The notes under the pieces are model-generated. The model was not told where the DNA came from and did not search any database. It was given only the letters and a program-made list of their open reading frames with translations. A DNA stretch of 64,000 nt from a virus: the IMG/VR virus record IMGVR_UViG_3300032313_001035. One strand, given 5' to 3'. A program made the position numbers and the translations under genes. Shown here in pieces: positions 39,984 to 49,353 of this stretch (the first letter of the stretch is position 1; the number at the start of each line of letters is the position of its first letter).

Positions 39984-40607
39984 ATGACAAACAACGATAT
40001 TAAACTTTTGGCAGAAGCTTATGCGCTGATTAATGAGATTTCCAGTGATCGAGTGAGATCCGCTCTGCGTAATACCCCATCATCTGGACATAAATACGAT
40101 GATGAGCGTAGACTATCCGCATCCCGTAAAGCAACTTTGAAAGATTTTACGGATTCTAATCTTCCTGTTATTTGGGGTAGGGGTAAAAATCCCAATAGAC
40201 AAAAACAAGCTTTTAAAGTTAAGTTGGAGAAAAACGGTTTTAAAGGATTCCATTCTTTTCTGTGGAGACCAGACTCGTATGGATTAACGATGAGTGCATA
40301 TCTTATACCCGCAAATGGTGAATATGATCCAAATAATACGACAATGTTAGGAATGACTACTGAAGGGCGGCTATATACAGATAATTTTCCAAGCTTATAT
40401 TTGGTTGATCGTTCAGATGCGAATAAATTTTTACAACAAATTCGAAACTACATGTCTTTTGCTTCTACCTCTGATGATCAATCATTGACGAGAAATATTG
40501 AAAACGCAAAACCTTTCATAGACTCTTTGAGACCGCAGCAACTCAATATTAATACTCCAGATGATGAAGAATTGCTACAACAAATAAGAATTCTTAAAAA
40601 TAATTGA
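39984..40607 (+). CDS. Hypothetical late protein, internal-head-protein-like N-terminus
   Basis: MTNNDIKLLAEAYALINEIS; TAAATA-N5. Confidence 0.7.
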   Translation: MTNNDIKLLAEAYALINEISSDRVRSALRNTPSSGHKYDDERRLSASRKATLKDFTDSNLPVIWGRGKNPNRQKQAFKVKLEKNGFKGFHSFLWRPDSYGLTMSAYLIPANGEYDPNNTTMLGMTTEGRLYTDNFPSLYLVDRSDANKFLQQIRNYMSFASTSDDQSLTRNIENAKPFIDSLRPQQLNINTPDDEELLQQIRILKNN

Positions 40608-40755
40608 GTTCGAAAAAATAATCGTACAATTACTCTTCAAATACGAGTGAAAAAATAGAATTTTAGACGATTTAGTCGAATAAAATTCTTGCATTTTATT
40701 ATAAACACACTAAATACTCTTGTTAGGCACAACACCCTAACATTACACAAACACA

Positions 40756-40995
40756 ATGAATACAAACAAAAATGCATACGAGATAAGGCTCGATATATTG
40801 AGCATCGCACATGGTGATTTAATGACAGTTTTCCACGAGAAACTGCATAACACCAAAAAGAGAATGGTCGGCGACCAAGACGATTGCTGGGTGGAAGATA
40901 AAATTGATGAGAAGATTATCAGTGATTTGCTTCCAACTTCAGAAGCTATTATTAAACGCGCTAAAGAATTATACGCATTTGTAGAGAATGTATAA
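40756..40995 (+). CDS. Small conserved-looking phage protein (NAYEIRL motif)
   Basis: NKNAYEIRLDIL...PTSEAIIKRAKELYAFV. Confidence 0.75.
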   Translation: MNTNKNAYEIRLDILSIAHGDLMTVFHEKLHNTKKRMVGDQDDCWVEDKIDEKIISDLLPTSEAIIKRAKELYAFVENV

Positions 40996-41080
40996 AGATT
41001 GTTGATAGGTCGCTCCTATCTGATCTGGAATACGCAGGAGGAAGTCCAGTGAGAATGATGATAAACCCTGCACAATTTTT

Positions 41081-41293
41081 ATGATTTTGCAATTAAATCC
41101 CACCATACCTATGGATACGCCCAAGGGTAAAGGGTATGCCCATTTTCTTATAGATTATTCACAAGAACATGATTTATTTTGGGTTGTTTTCATAAATGAC
41201 ACAAAAGAATGCTGGACTTTTAAAAATTCTGTGATAAAAATAGAGAACAACGCGACATTGACAAATAATTATGACAATACAAGAGGCATATAA
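41081..41293 (+). CDS. Hypothetical protein
   Basis: ILQLNPTIPMDTPKGKGYAHFLIDY. Confidence 0.7.
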   Translation: MILQLNPTIPMDTPKGKGYAHFLIDYSQEHDLFWVVFINDTKECWTFKNSVIKIENNATLTNNYDNTRGI

Positions 41294-41522
41294 TAAAGGT
41301 TTGAACGATGCGGAAAATAATATTATTAATAACTTTATCAATATTTTAAATGATAAAGAATTTGATATTGCTTTCCCTAATCCTAAATTAGAAATCGTTC
41401 GAAAAGTAATTAAGGAGAGATCCGATTATTACTTTAAGATGGCTGAAGGATCTCATGGCATAGCCAGAGGTTTTCAGAAAAAAATAGAAACCCACAAATT
41501 AGAGCTTGAAAAAGCCAAATAA
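41271..41522 (+). CDS. Hypothetical protein
   Basis: 83 aa, overlaps the upstream ORF. Confidence 0.6.
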   Translation: MTIQEAYNKGLNDAENNIINNFINILNDKEFDIAFPNPKLEIVRKVIKERSDYYFKMAEGSHGIARGFQKKIETHKLELEKAK

Positions 41523-41547
41523 TATACTAAATTGAGATATAACAAAT

Positions 41548-41889
41548 ATGAAAAGTACATACGTAGCATTAATTGATCAGGTTGGACGGAATATCATCGG
41601 CACACTTGTTTCGCAAACGGAAACAAGCATTACCCTATATAATCCAGTAATTCTTTACACCCAACCGACACAGAACAAACAACTCCAAGTTCAGAGTTTT
41701 CCAGTATTCTTTTTTGAATTCATTTCGAAAGAGCATCGCGATCAAAACAATTGGACTTATCCTAAATCCTCTGTGGTGATTAGTGATGTGGTGCTGGATG
41801 ATAACATTATCAAACAATACCTCGCTATTAATACCCCATCAATACCTGAGCCTGAAAAAGGTAAAATCGTAAGTATCGAAGATCTATAA
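41548..41889 (+). CDS. Hypothetical protein, possibly Sm-like fold
   Basis: GRNIIGTLVSQTETSITLYNP; coupled to uvsX. Confidence 0.6.
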   Translation: MKSTYVALIDQVGRNIIGTLVSQTETSITLYNPVILYTQPTQNKQLQVQSFPVFFFEFISKEHRDQNNWTYPKSSVVISDVVLDDNIIKQYLAINTPSIPEPEKGKIVSIEDL

Positions 41890-41890
41890 T

Positions 41891-42997
41891 ATGGATAAAG
41901 AAATTGCATCAATTTTGGACAGCTTAAATGATGTTGTCCCATATTCAGCCTACCTTTCAGAATCAACCCTTTCATCGGTAGATGATTGGATTGATACTGG
42001 AAGCATGGTGCTCAATGCTCTTATTTCTGGTTCATTATATGGTGGTGTTCCGAAAGGTCGGATTACACAATTTGCGGGTCCTTCTCAGAGTTTTAAATCT
42101 GGTATTGTTCTCAATATCTTAGCAAATGCTCAGAAGAAAGGTATGATTCCAGTGATTTTCGATACCGAAGGTGCGATTGATCCCGAATCTGCTGCGAAAT
42201 TTGGTCTCGATATTACTAAAGTAAAATATGTTGGTTGTGAATCAGTTGAACAAACTCGAAACGCAATTTACAAATTTCTCAAAAATGTTCGAGATAAGAA
42301 ACAATTCGGTAAGTTCATTATTGCAATTGATTCCTTGGCAAATTTGAATTCTGAAATGGAATTAACTCGCATGGACAAAGATTCTATGTCTGCTGATATG
42401 GGAACATTTGCCAAGTCTGTAAAGAGTCTTTTGAAGACATGCACAAACATGTCTACTTTGACTAAAACTCCTATCATTATCACAAATCATGTTTATGATG
42501 ATCCTAGTGCAATGTATCCATCTTTAGAGAAGAATATGCCAGGCGGTAAAGCGGCGGTTTATCTTCCTTCCGTGACGGTTCAATTAGCTCGTAAACTTGT
42601 CAAAGATGGTGAATTGAAACAGGTCAATGATAAGCTTTCAGCATCCCAGAAAAACTATTCTGGTGTTGTCATTAGAATGCTTACTGTTAAAAATAGATTT
42701 GTTAAACAATATCTGGAAGGTGAAATGTATTTGTCTTTCAGTAATGGTCTGAACAAATACTATGGTCTAGTTGATATTATGAAAGGTATGGGAATTATTT
42801 CCAATTCTGGTTCATCATATTCGGATTGGGAAGGTAATAAACTTGGATACCTCAAGTCATGGTCTAAAGACACCGAGTTGTGGGAAAATAAATTGCTCCC
42901 TGAGCTTGAAAAACGTATCAAAATACATTGGGCATATGGTTCATCTCCTGACGAAGACGATTTGACTTCTCTGGAAGATGACGATGGTGAAGAATAA
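41891..42997 (+). CDS. uvsX: RecA-like recombinase UvsX
   Basis: DTGSMVLNALISG, GPSQSFKS, FDTEGA, IDSL, NHVY, KNRF. Confidence 0.95.
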   Translation: MDKEIASILDSLNDVVPYSAYLSESTLSSVDDWIDTGSMVLNALISGSLYGGVPKGRITQFAGPSQSFKSGIVLNILANAQKKGMIPVIFDTEGAIDPESAAKFGLDITKVKYVGCESVEQTRNAIYKFLKNVRDKKQFGKFIIAIDSLANLNSEMELTRMDKDSMSADMGTFAKSVKSLLKTCTNMSTLTKTPIIITNHVYDDPSAMYPSLEKNMPGGKAAVYLPSVTVQLARKLVKDGELKQVNDKLSASQKNYSGVVIRMLTVKNRFVKQYLEGEMYLSFSNGLNKYYGLVDIMKGMGIISNSGSSYSDWEGNKLGYLKSWSKDTELWENKLLPELEKRIKIHWAYGSSPDEDDLTSLEDDDGEE

Positions 42998-43780
42998 ATG
43001 AAAATCCGCGAAGGAATACATTTGTTTCATGGTGATTGCTTGGAAGTTCTAAAAAAGCTTCCAAGCAATTCTATTGATTTGATTTTGGCAGATCCCCCAT
43101 ACGAACAAAATATTCGTCTTAAATGGGATAAAATGATCGACTTCGAAACTCTTTGGGTCGAGCTTGGTAGAATAGCCAAAGACAAAAGCCCAATAGTTTT
43201 AATGGGTAATCAACCATTCACTACCGATCTTATAAATTCAAAAAGAGATTGGTTTAGATACGAATGGGTATGGGACAAACATATACCTCGTGGCATGCAC
43301 CAAGCTAAATTTCAACCAATGCGAAAACACGAAAATGTTATAGTGTTTTCTAAAAATTATCCTACCAATTATTATCCTATAATGGAGGAGCGTGATAAAC
43401 CTATCAAAAGAAAGAATTATAATAAAAATTCTAAAGGTATTGATGGGCATTACAAAGAAGATCAAACCGATAAATGGTTTGAATATACTCACAAGAACCC
43501 GAATACTATTATAACAGGTTGTTGGGAAAAAAATAAAGGTAAAGTCCATCCTACACAAAAACCCGTGTCATTGATGGAATATCTAATCAAAACTTATACA
43601 AAAGAAAATGATTTGGTATTAGATTTTTGTTTTGGGTCTAACTCATGTGGGGTAGCTGCTTTGAATACCAATAGAAAATATATTGGTATCGAAAGAGACA
43701 AAGATTATTTCGAGCAGGGTAAAACCCGAATGGTTAATCATTTATCATCAACCAATGATGATAATTCTTCGGCTTCTTAA
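42998..43780 (+). CDS. DNA N6-adenine/N4-cytosine methyltransferase (beta class)
   Basis: GDCLE, DPPY, HPTQKP, VLDFCFGS, IGIE. Confidence 0.9.
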   Translation: MKIREGIHLFHGDCLEVLKKLPSNSIDLILADPPYEQNIRLKWDKMIDFETLWVELGRIAKDKSPIVLMGNQPFTTDLINSKRDWFRYEWVWDKHIPRGMHQAKFQPMRKHENVIVFSKNYPTNYYPIMEERDKPIKRKNYNKNSKGIDGHYKEDQTDKWFEYTHKNPNTIITGCWEKNKGKVHPTQKPVSLMEYLIKTYTKENDLVLDFCFGSNSCGVAALNTNRKYIGIERDKDYFEQGKTRMVNHLSSTNDDNSSAS

Positions 43781-45752
43781 ATCCACGTTCTTTAAATTCT
43801 CCGACAGTGTTGGAGAATCTATCTTTTTTGACTTGTTCAGTGAAATAATCCATCACTGAACTCTCGTTCAAACCTTTTTGTTTGAGAGCAGAAATTCTTT
43901 CGCTGAGTCTGTCCATTTCATCCAAATCTGGATCATCTGACATCATTATTTCCGATAGTCTATCTTCTAATTCGGAAATAGACTCGGATGGTTCATCTTC
44001 GTCAGCGATGTCTTCTTCTGTGTCTATCACATCATCTTCAACATCTGCCATATCATCTTCAGTATCCATTGTGTCATCTTCGACATCTGCCGTATCATCT
44101 TCGGTATCGAAGTCATCATCTTCTGTTGGTTCTTCAGCAACTGAAGATGCTTCTTTTTTGAGGTCTTTTATTTCTTTTTCGATTCTTTCGATTTCATCGA
44201 AATCTGTATCATCATCCAATAACAAATCTTGTAGACGATATTCTAGCTCATCAATTTTTGCTTGAGTTTCTGCGCTAATACCAGCTTTTGCCACAGGTTT
44301 GGTGGTTTTTCGAGTGGATGAATCCGACTTATTAGCTTCTTTTGATTTTCTCATTTGCTCTCTAATAGTCTTTTCTTTTTTCCATATTTTATACCAATTA
44401 TCAAAAGTTTTTATTTTTTCTGGTGTATCCAATACTTTTTTCACGGTAGCCGTATCAAATTCTTCGTATTTATCAAAATCGGAATCCGATACTGTGTTGA
44501 ATTCAGGTTGTTTGGCTAATTTCAACATATATTTACCAAGCATCTCTATTTCATTGGAATCATAAGAACTCAACATTTCCATGAAATCTTTTTTAGTAAT
44601 CGAATCGTCTTCAATAAAATTGGAAAAATCGCCCAATAGTTTATCCGTAATCATTTTATGTGTCGCGATTGCCTTATCAGTATCATTATTTGCCTTACCA
44701 CTTCTTCTAATTTTAAAGAAATAATCTATAACATTTCTCAATCCTTCAAGCGGAAAATTATCGGTTGAAGTTTTTGTTTCAGTTGTTTTATTTTTAATAC
44801 CATCCTTTTGTATTTTTTTTATTTTACTGATTAACGGTGATGCAGCAGCATAAATTCTATCTTTATCAAATCTGTTTATACCAAAAATTTCCTGAACACG
44901 TTTATCAGCAGCTATTGCAAAAGCAGATGTTTTAGGAACTCGTCTACCATAACTTATTGAAGGGGATTCTGTTTCTGCTTTCTCGGCATTTGCTACATCT
45001 TTATTCACCCGAACACGTTCTCTCAAATCATTTATATCTAGAAAATCTATACCATCCTCGCTTAAAAAGCCTCTTGGGTTATCTTTGATATATTTTTCAT
45101 CTTCGGGTGATAGACTTGTTCTGTTTTTCAAGAACAATTGTGTGCGTTTCTTAGCCAATTCTCTATCATTTAAATTTTCTTGCTTCTTAGATTTGTCAAG
45201 CATGTATTCAATTTCATCTGGGGAATCGACATCATCTGGTATTGTGTCTAAAATAGTATTACCAGTTTTACGTTTTTTTGCTGCCGATGGAGCATCCAAA
45301 TATTCAATGATATTATTGGTATTGAGTAATTGTTTTTTAATATCTTGCGATAATATCTTTTTGATATTATCTTTAACTACGGTAAAAAGACCATATTCTG
45401 CTTGTTTTTGAGAAGATGGGGAATTAGATCCTGTGCTCGATAACCAATTTAAAAATTCGTCAGTATAAATCCTAGTTCCTTTTACTTTTTTGACAACAGT
45501 TGGTATATAATCCCAAATATATTTTTGATCGTAATCCAATATATCCAATAAAGTGGTAAGCAGGTAATCAATCGTCTTTGCTCTCAAATGTCCTGGTGAA
45601 CTAACCTTGCCTTCAGTTCTGATTATGTCCTTTACAGCATTGTAAATTTCATCATTGAAATCTTGTAATTTTAATTTACTCCAGACATTCGCCCTATCTT
45701 CATTGATAAGTTGAACGCGCTCGGTTAAATAATCCAGATCATAAATTCTCAT
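43734..45752 (-). CDS. Large late protein with acidic repeat C-terminus
   Basis: 672 aa; TAAATA-N5-ATG; LTE, INE and LNE motifs; acidic heptad repeats. Confidence 0.8.
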   Translation of the reverse strand: MRIYDLDYLTERVQLINEDRANVWSKLKLQDFNDEIYNAVKDIIRTEGKVSSPGHLRAKTIDYLLTTLLDILDYDQKYIWDYIPTVVKKVKGTRIYTDEFLNWLSSTGSNSPSSQKQAEYGLFTVVKDNIKKILSQDIKKQLLNTNNIIEYLDAPSAAKKRKTGNTILDTIPDDVDSPDEIEYMLDKSKKQENLNDRELAKKRTQLFLKNRTSLSPEDEKYIKDNPRGFLSEDGIDFLDINDLRERVRVNKDVANAEKAETESPSISYGRRVPKTSAFAIAADKRVQEIFGINRFDKDRIYAAASPLISKIKKIQKDGIKNKTTETKTSTDNFPLEGLRNVIDYFFKIRRSGKANNDTDKAIATHKMITDKLLGDFSNFIEDDSITKKDFMEMLSSYDSNEIEMLGKYMLKLAKQPEFNTVSDSDFDKYEEFDTATVKKVLDTPEKIKTFDNWYKIWKKEKTIREQMRKSKEANKSDSSTRKTTKPVAKAGISAETQAKIDELEYRLQDLLLDDDTDFDEIERIEKEIKDLKKEASSVAEEPTEDDDFDTEDDTADVEDDTMDTEDDMADVEDDVIDTEEDIADEDEPSESISELEDRLSEIMMSDDPDLDEMDRLSERISALKQKGLNESSVMDYFTEQVKKDRFSNTVGEFKERGFKKPKNYHHWLMIND
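44011..44123 (-). repeat. 21-nt tandem repeat encoding acidic heptads (D-D-x-x-D-x-E)
   Basis: tcatcttc recurs at 44032, 44053, 44074, 44095, 44116. Confidence 0.85.
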
Positions 45753-45757
45753 ATTCT

Positions 45758-45791
45758 TATTTAACGGATTTATAACATTTTCAGTTAAATA
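45758..45791. promoter_or_regulatory. Back-to-back late promoters
   Basis: TAAATA minus 45758-45763 and plus 45786-45791. Confidence 0.7.
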
Positions 45792-45798
45792 AATTAGT

Positions 45799-46518
45799 AT
45801 GATTTCGTTCGCAAAACACTACTTGATCAAAGAAGCTTTTGATACTGTAACAGAATTTTTATTGAATCCTGAACACTCGGATAAAGAGTATGATGAACTA
45901 GTCGCGGAGTTTGAAGCTTCTGGTGGTGAAGTTTTGGGTTCTGGATCATTTGGTATTGTATATTCACACCCAAGTTGGCCCTATGTTCTCAAAGTGTTTA
46001 GTTGGGATGATCCATATCTAAAATTTGCGAGATACGCATACGACAACCCACATCCATCTTTTCCAAAATTTTATGGTAAACCACAACGTGTTGTCCCTAA
46101 TTATACGAGATACAAAGATGAAGCGAAGCAATATCTGGCAAGAATTGAACGTTTGGAACCAAGTTCGGAAAATGTTTTGAATAAAATAAATGTGGAGCTT
46201 ATGTTATACTTTCATTTAAGGGACAATCCAGAATTGATAAAAAATCGAGTAGATTTTATGAAATTGTCTAGTAAAGTCAAAGCATTACCTAAAGAAATTT
46301 ATAATCTATTGGATGGATTATATTTAATACGTAGAGATCTTCCTACATTGAACCCTGATTTACATGAAGATAATGTGATGATGAGAGACGATGGTCAATA
46401 TGTATGGATTGATCCTGTTTGGACTGGCGATGAAGCTAGCGAAAACCCACTGACCGCTGCTATGACATCCAAGGACTACGCTCCCGAAAACATGTTGCGT
46501 GGGGGAAGAACATCTTGA
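45799..46518 (+). CDS. Protein kinase-like fold enzyme
   Basis: Gly loop LGSGSFGIVY, VLK, catalytic DLHEDNVM, WIDP; TAAATA upstream. Confidence 0.82.
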   Translation: MISFAKHYLIKEAFDTVTEFLLNPEHSDKEYDELVAEFEASGGEVLGSGSFGIVYSHPSWPYVLKVFSWDDPYLKFARYAYDNPHPSFPKFYGKPQRVVPNYTRYKDEAKQYLARIERLEPSSENVLNKINVELMLYFHLRDNPELIKNRVDFMKLSSKVKALPKEIYNLLDGLYLIRRDLPTLNPDLHEDNVMMRDDGQYVWIDPVWTGDEASENPLTAAMTSKDYAPENMLRGGRTS

Positions 46519-46542
46519 CAAATTAATACGGTGTGTTAAAGT
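46515..46542 (+). promoter_or_regulatory. Sigma70-like promoter of the GT-gp41 operon
   Basis: TTGACA-N16-TAAAGT, 6 nt before ATG. Confidence 0.7.
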
Positions 46543-46548
46543 TAGCAC

Positions 46549-47208
46549 ATGAATAATTCGGATAATATAGCTATTTATACTGCTACTAAAGGAAATGATT
46601 TAAGTTTTCCGCTGACTAATAGCTTAAAAAGATTAAATCTGCAAAAATTTTTATACACAAAATTTGCTAATACACAGTCTTTAGCCAAGGTTTATAATGA
46701 ATTTTTAGATGATGCCTTAAAAAAAGACCTTGATTATGTCATTTTTACCCATGATGACGTATGGATTGAACATGATTTTAGGTTAAATTTACAAGAATCT
46801 TTCGATTCATTTGATGTTGTTGGTGTAGCGGGTTGTTCTAAAGCTCAAATTAAGTCACCAGCACTATGGCATCTTATGGGTAATGGTAATTTACACGGTG
46901 CAGTGGCGCATAAATACGGTAATAGTAAAGCCATGACTAGTTTTGGTATTTACCCCCATAGAGTAGTTATGATTGATGGGGTGTTTATGGCTTTAAATAA
47001 GAAAGCCATTAAAACCGTAAGGTTTGATGAACAATGCCCATCAAAATGGCATTTCTATGATCTTTGTTTCAGTGCAAGATGTTTACAAAATAACTTGAAA
47101 ATTGGTGTGAGTGATATTATCATAACTCATGAGTCCCATGGTTTGCGGAATTTCACAGATGACTGGAAGATGGGAGAACAATATTACATAGAAACATATA
47201 ATTCTTAA
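46549..47208 (+). CDS. GT-A fold glycosyltransferase (StrF/GT2_5-like)
   Basis: SLAKVYN, IFTHDDV, VGVAG, IDGVFMA, WHFYDL, HES.G. Confidence 0.85.
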   Translation: MNNSDNIAIYTATKGNDLSFPLTNSLKRLNLQKFLYTKFANTQSLAKVYNEFLDDALKKDLDYVIFTHDDVWIEHDFRLNLQESFDSFDVVGVAGCSKAQIKSPALWHLMGNGNLHGAVAHKYGNSKAMTSFGIYPHRVVMIDGVFMALNKKAIKTVRFDEQCPSKWHFYDLCFSARCLQNNLKIGVSDIIITHESHGLRNFTDDWKMGEQYYIETYNS

Positions 47209-48524
47209 TGAGTGAAATAGATTTAGATTATTTTGAAAAGATTTTGGTCAAAAATGCCATGACAAATGGTAGTTATTTGGCATCTATTGCTGATCACGTT
47301 CGACCAAAATACTTCAACGATAAGTTTATTGCCAAATATTTCGAAATAGTATCGGATTTTTACGATAAAAGGCAAGCGTTGCCAACCTTTACAGAGATAA
47401 AGACCTATCTAATCTCAGATGAATTAAAAAATGGATTTAAACAACTCATAGAATCGTTCAAAGAGCTAGATTCTACTCAAAATAACGACGAACTGTATGC
47501 AAATACCGAAAAATTCCTTAAAGAGAGAGGTATGTATCATTCAATATTGGAATCCGCTGAGAAAATCTCAGAAGGAGATGTAGATACATCAGAAATCGTC
47601 GAGAAATTTGAGAAAATTGCTGGTATAAACCTCAATGTAGACAAGGGTATTGAGATTTATGGTGATGTCGAGAAGGTTATTGACGACATTTTGAATGATG
47701 AGACCATGATATCATCTAAATGGTCGTGGTTAGATGACGCACTTGGAGGTGGTTTTGCTGAAGTAGGTAAAGCATTATATGTATTTGCAGGTCAATCTAA
47801 TATAGGTAAGAGTATTTTCTTAGGTAATGTGGCTGCTAACATGGCATCACAGAACAAAAACGTATTAGTAATAACATTAGAGATGTCTGAAACGCTTTAT
47901 GCTAAGAGAATAGCATCGAATATTACTAAAATACCGATGAAAGACTTCAGACATAACGTTCCGACACTGCGACATGCGTTGGAAGAAGAGCATGATAAAA
48001 CAGGTGGTAGAATTTACATTAAAGAGTTTCCTCCATCTACCATCACACCCAAACAATTAGGTGCATTTATCAAAAAAATGAACGATTCTGGTATTAGAAT
48101 CGATGGTGTCGTAGTCGATTACCTAACATTGTTGACCGCTGCTGGTTCTAATTCATATGAGAAGGGTAAAAATATCTGTGAACAGATCAGAGCGTTGTCC
48201 TATGTATTCAAATGTCCTTTTGTATCAGCTTGTCAGTTAAATCGTAGTTCTATTAACGAAAATAACCCTGATATGTCGGGTATTGCGGAGAGTCTTTCTA
48301 TTGCGATGACCGCAGATGTTATCGTATCCATCTTTCAAAATGAAGAAGACCAAGAATTGGGGGTAATTCGTCTCGGTATGATGAAAAATCGATTCGGTCC
48401 GAGGGGTATGGTTCAAACTATGAGAATTGATTACCCGACACTCACTGTTCACCAATCGGATGAAGATGATGAAGAAATCATGTCTGATGATGAGTTGAGT
48501 CTACTAGAAAAATTTAGCGGTTAA
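47208..48524 (+). CDS. gp41: Replicative helicase gp41 (DnaB-like)
   Basis: GQSNIGKS, TLEMSE, IKEFP, VVDY, QLNR, MTAD, MKNRFG. Confidence 0.95.
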   Translation: MSEIDLDYFEKILVKNAMTNGSYLASIADHVRPKYFNDKFIAKYFEIVSDFYDKRQALPTFTEIKTYLISDELKNGFKQLIESFKELDSTQNNDELYANTEKFLKERGMYHSILESAEKISEGDVDTSEIVEKFEKIAGINLNVDKGIEIYGDVEKVIDDILNDETMISSKWSWLDDALGGGFAEVGKALYVFAGQSNIGKSIFLGNVAANMASQNKNVLVITLEMSETLYAKRIASNITKIPMKDFRHNVPTLRHALEEEHDKTGGRIYIKEFPPSTITPKQLGAFIKKMNDSGIRIDGVVVDYLTLLTAAGSNSYEKGKNICEQIRALSYVFKCPFVSACQLNRSSINENNPDMSGIAESLSIAMTADVIVSIFQNEEDQELGVIRLGMMKNRFGPRGMVQTMRIDYPTLTVHQSDEDDEEIMSDDELSLLEKFSG

Positions 48525-48565
48525 TAACATTTAAATATTGTAAGAATACCTGATTAAATAAAAAC

Positions 48566-48769
48566 ATGCCCTACAATCGAAAAGGTAAATGTGTTTATAA
48601 AAAAAATACAGGTAAGAAAGTTGGATGCTCTAAAACTATTGGAAAAGCTAAAAAATATCTTACCGCTTTGCAGATCAATGCCTCGGAGGAAGAAGAACAT
48701 TCCTTCAATGAAACATATAAGGAAATGATGGAATCTTTAAGGATTTTTGATAAGTATAAAGGTGAATAA
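48566..48769 (+). CDS. Small basic late protein
   Basis: MPYNRKGKCVYKK..KKVGCS..AKKYLTAL; TAAATA-N5. Confidence 0.7.
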   Translation: MPYNRKGKCVYKKNTGKKVGCSKTIGKAKKYLTALQINASEEEEHSFNETYKEMMESLRIFDKYKGE

Positions 48770-49268
48770 AAAAGATCAGGATAACATTGGATTCATATAT
48801 GAAAATATATTATTAGAGGCTAGTTTATCCAATAAAAATCTTTTTTATGGCTTAAAAAGTATGTTGGATGATGGGGACGATTTCACAATGTTGACAGATA
48901 GAAACATTGAGAAAGATGATCAACAAACTATGTCTTGTCAGTTTATATATAAAGGAACTAGACATATTAGAGTTTTCACGAGCGCATTTTTTTCGACTAA
49001 AAACTATGATAATCCTTCTCATCTCACAGTTTCTATATTTGAGGTGACACCAGAAGGTAAAACCATATCTAAGTTGGATACTAATGCTTTCTATAACAAA
49101 GGGGCGTATTTCGACATCTCACACGATCCGATAATATCTTCTGTCGAGAATTTTGTCAAATATGTCAAGTCGGTGTTGGACAGGTCTGATAGAGATCGTG
49201 GAAATGATGATGAAACGAGGCTTCCTAAATCACCAACCCCAACGAGTAAAAAATTAATATCGATTTGA
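48762..49268 (+). CDS. Hypothetical late protein
   Basis: GTG 48762 with TAAGTA-N5; N-terminus NKKDQDNIGFIYENILLEA. Confidence 0.65.
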   Translation: MNKKDQDNIGFIYENILLEASLSNKNLFYGLKSMLDDGDDFTMLTDRNIEKDDQQTMSCQFIYKGTRHIRVFTSAFFSTKNYDNPSHLTVSIFEVTPEGKTISKLDTNAFYNKGAYFDISHDPIISSVENFVKYVKSVLDRSDRDRGNDDETRLPKSPTPTSKKLISI

Positions 49269-49319
49269 TACGGTATTAATTTTGTTTATTATATAAAAAC
49301 TGATGGAATCTTCAAATAC

Positions 49320-49347
49320 TTGACAACTGATCGATATATGCTATGAT
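49320..49347 (+). promoter_or_regulatory. Sigma70-like promoter of the DHH-gp32 operon
   Basis: TTGACA-N16-TATGAT with extended TG, 6 nt before ATG 49354. Confidence 0.75.
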
Positions 49348-49353
49348 TCCCAC

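Noticed and set aside
40996-41080. tRNA gene
   Set aside because: No cloverleaf, T-loop consensus or acceptor stem
41891-42997. Apparently broken Walker A (GPSQSFKS) in UvsX
   Set aside because: T4 UvsX has the same Phe-containing variant; normal for the family
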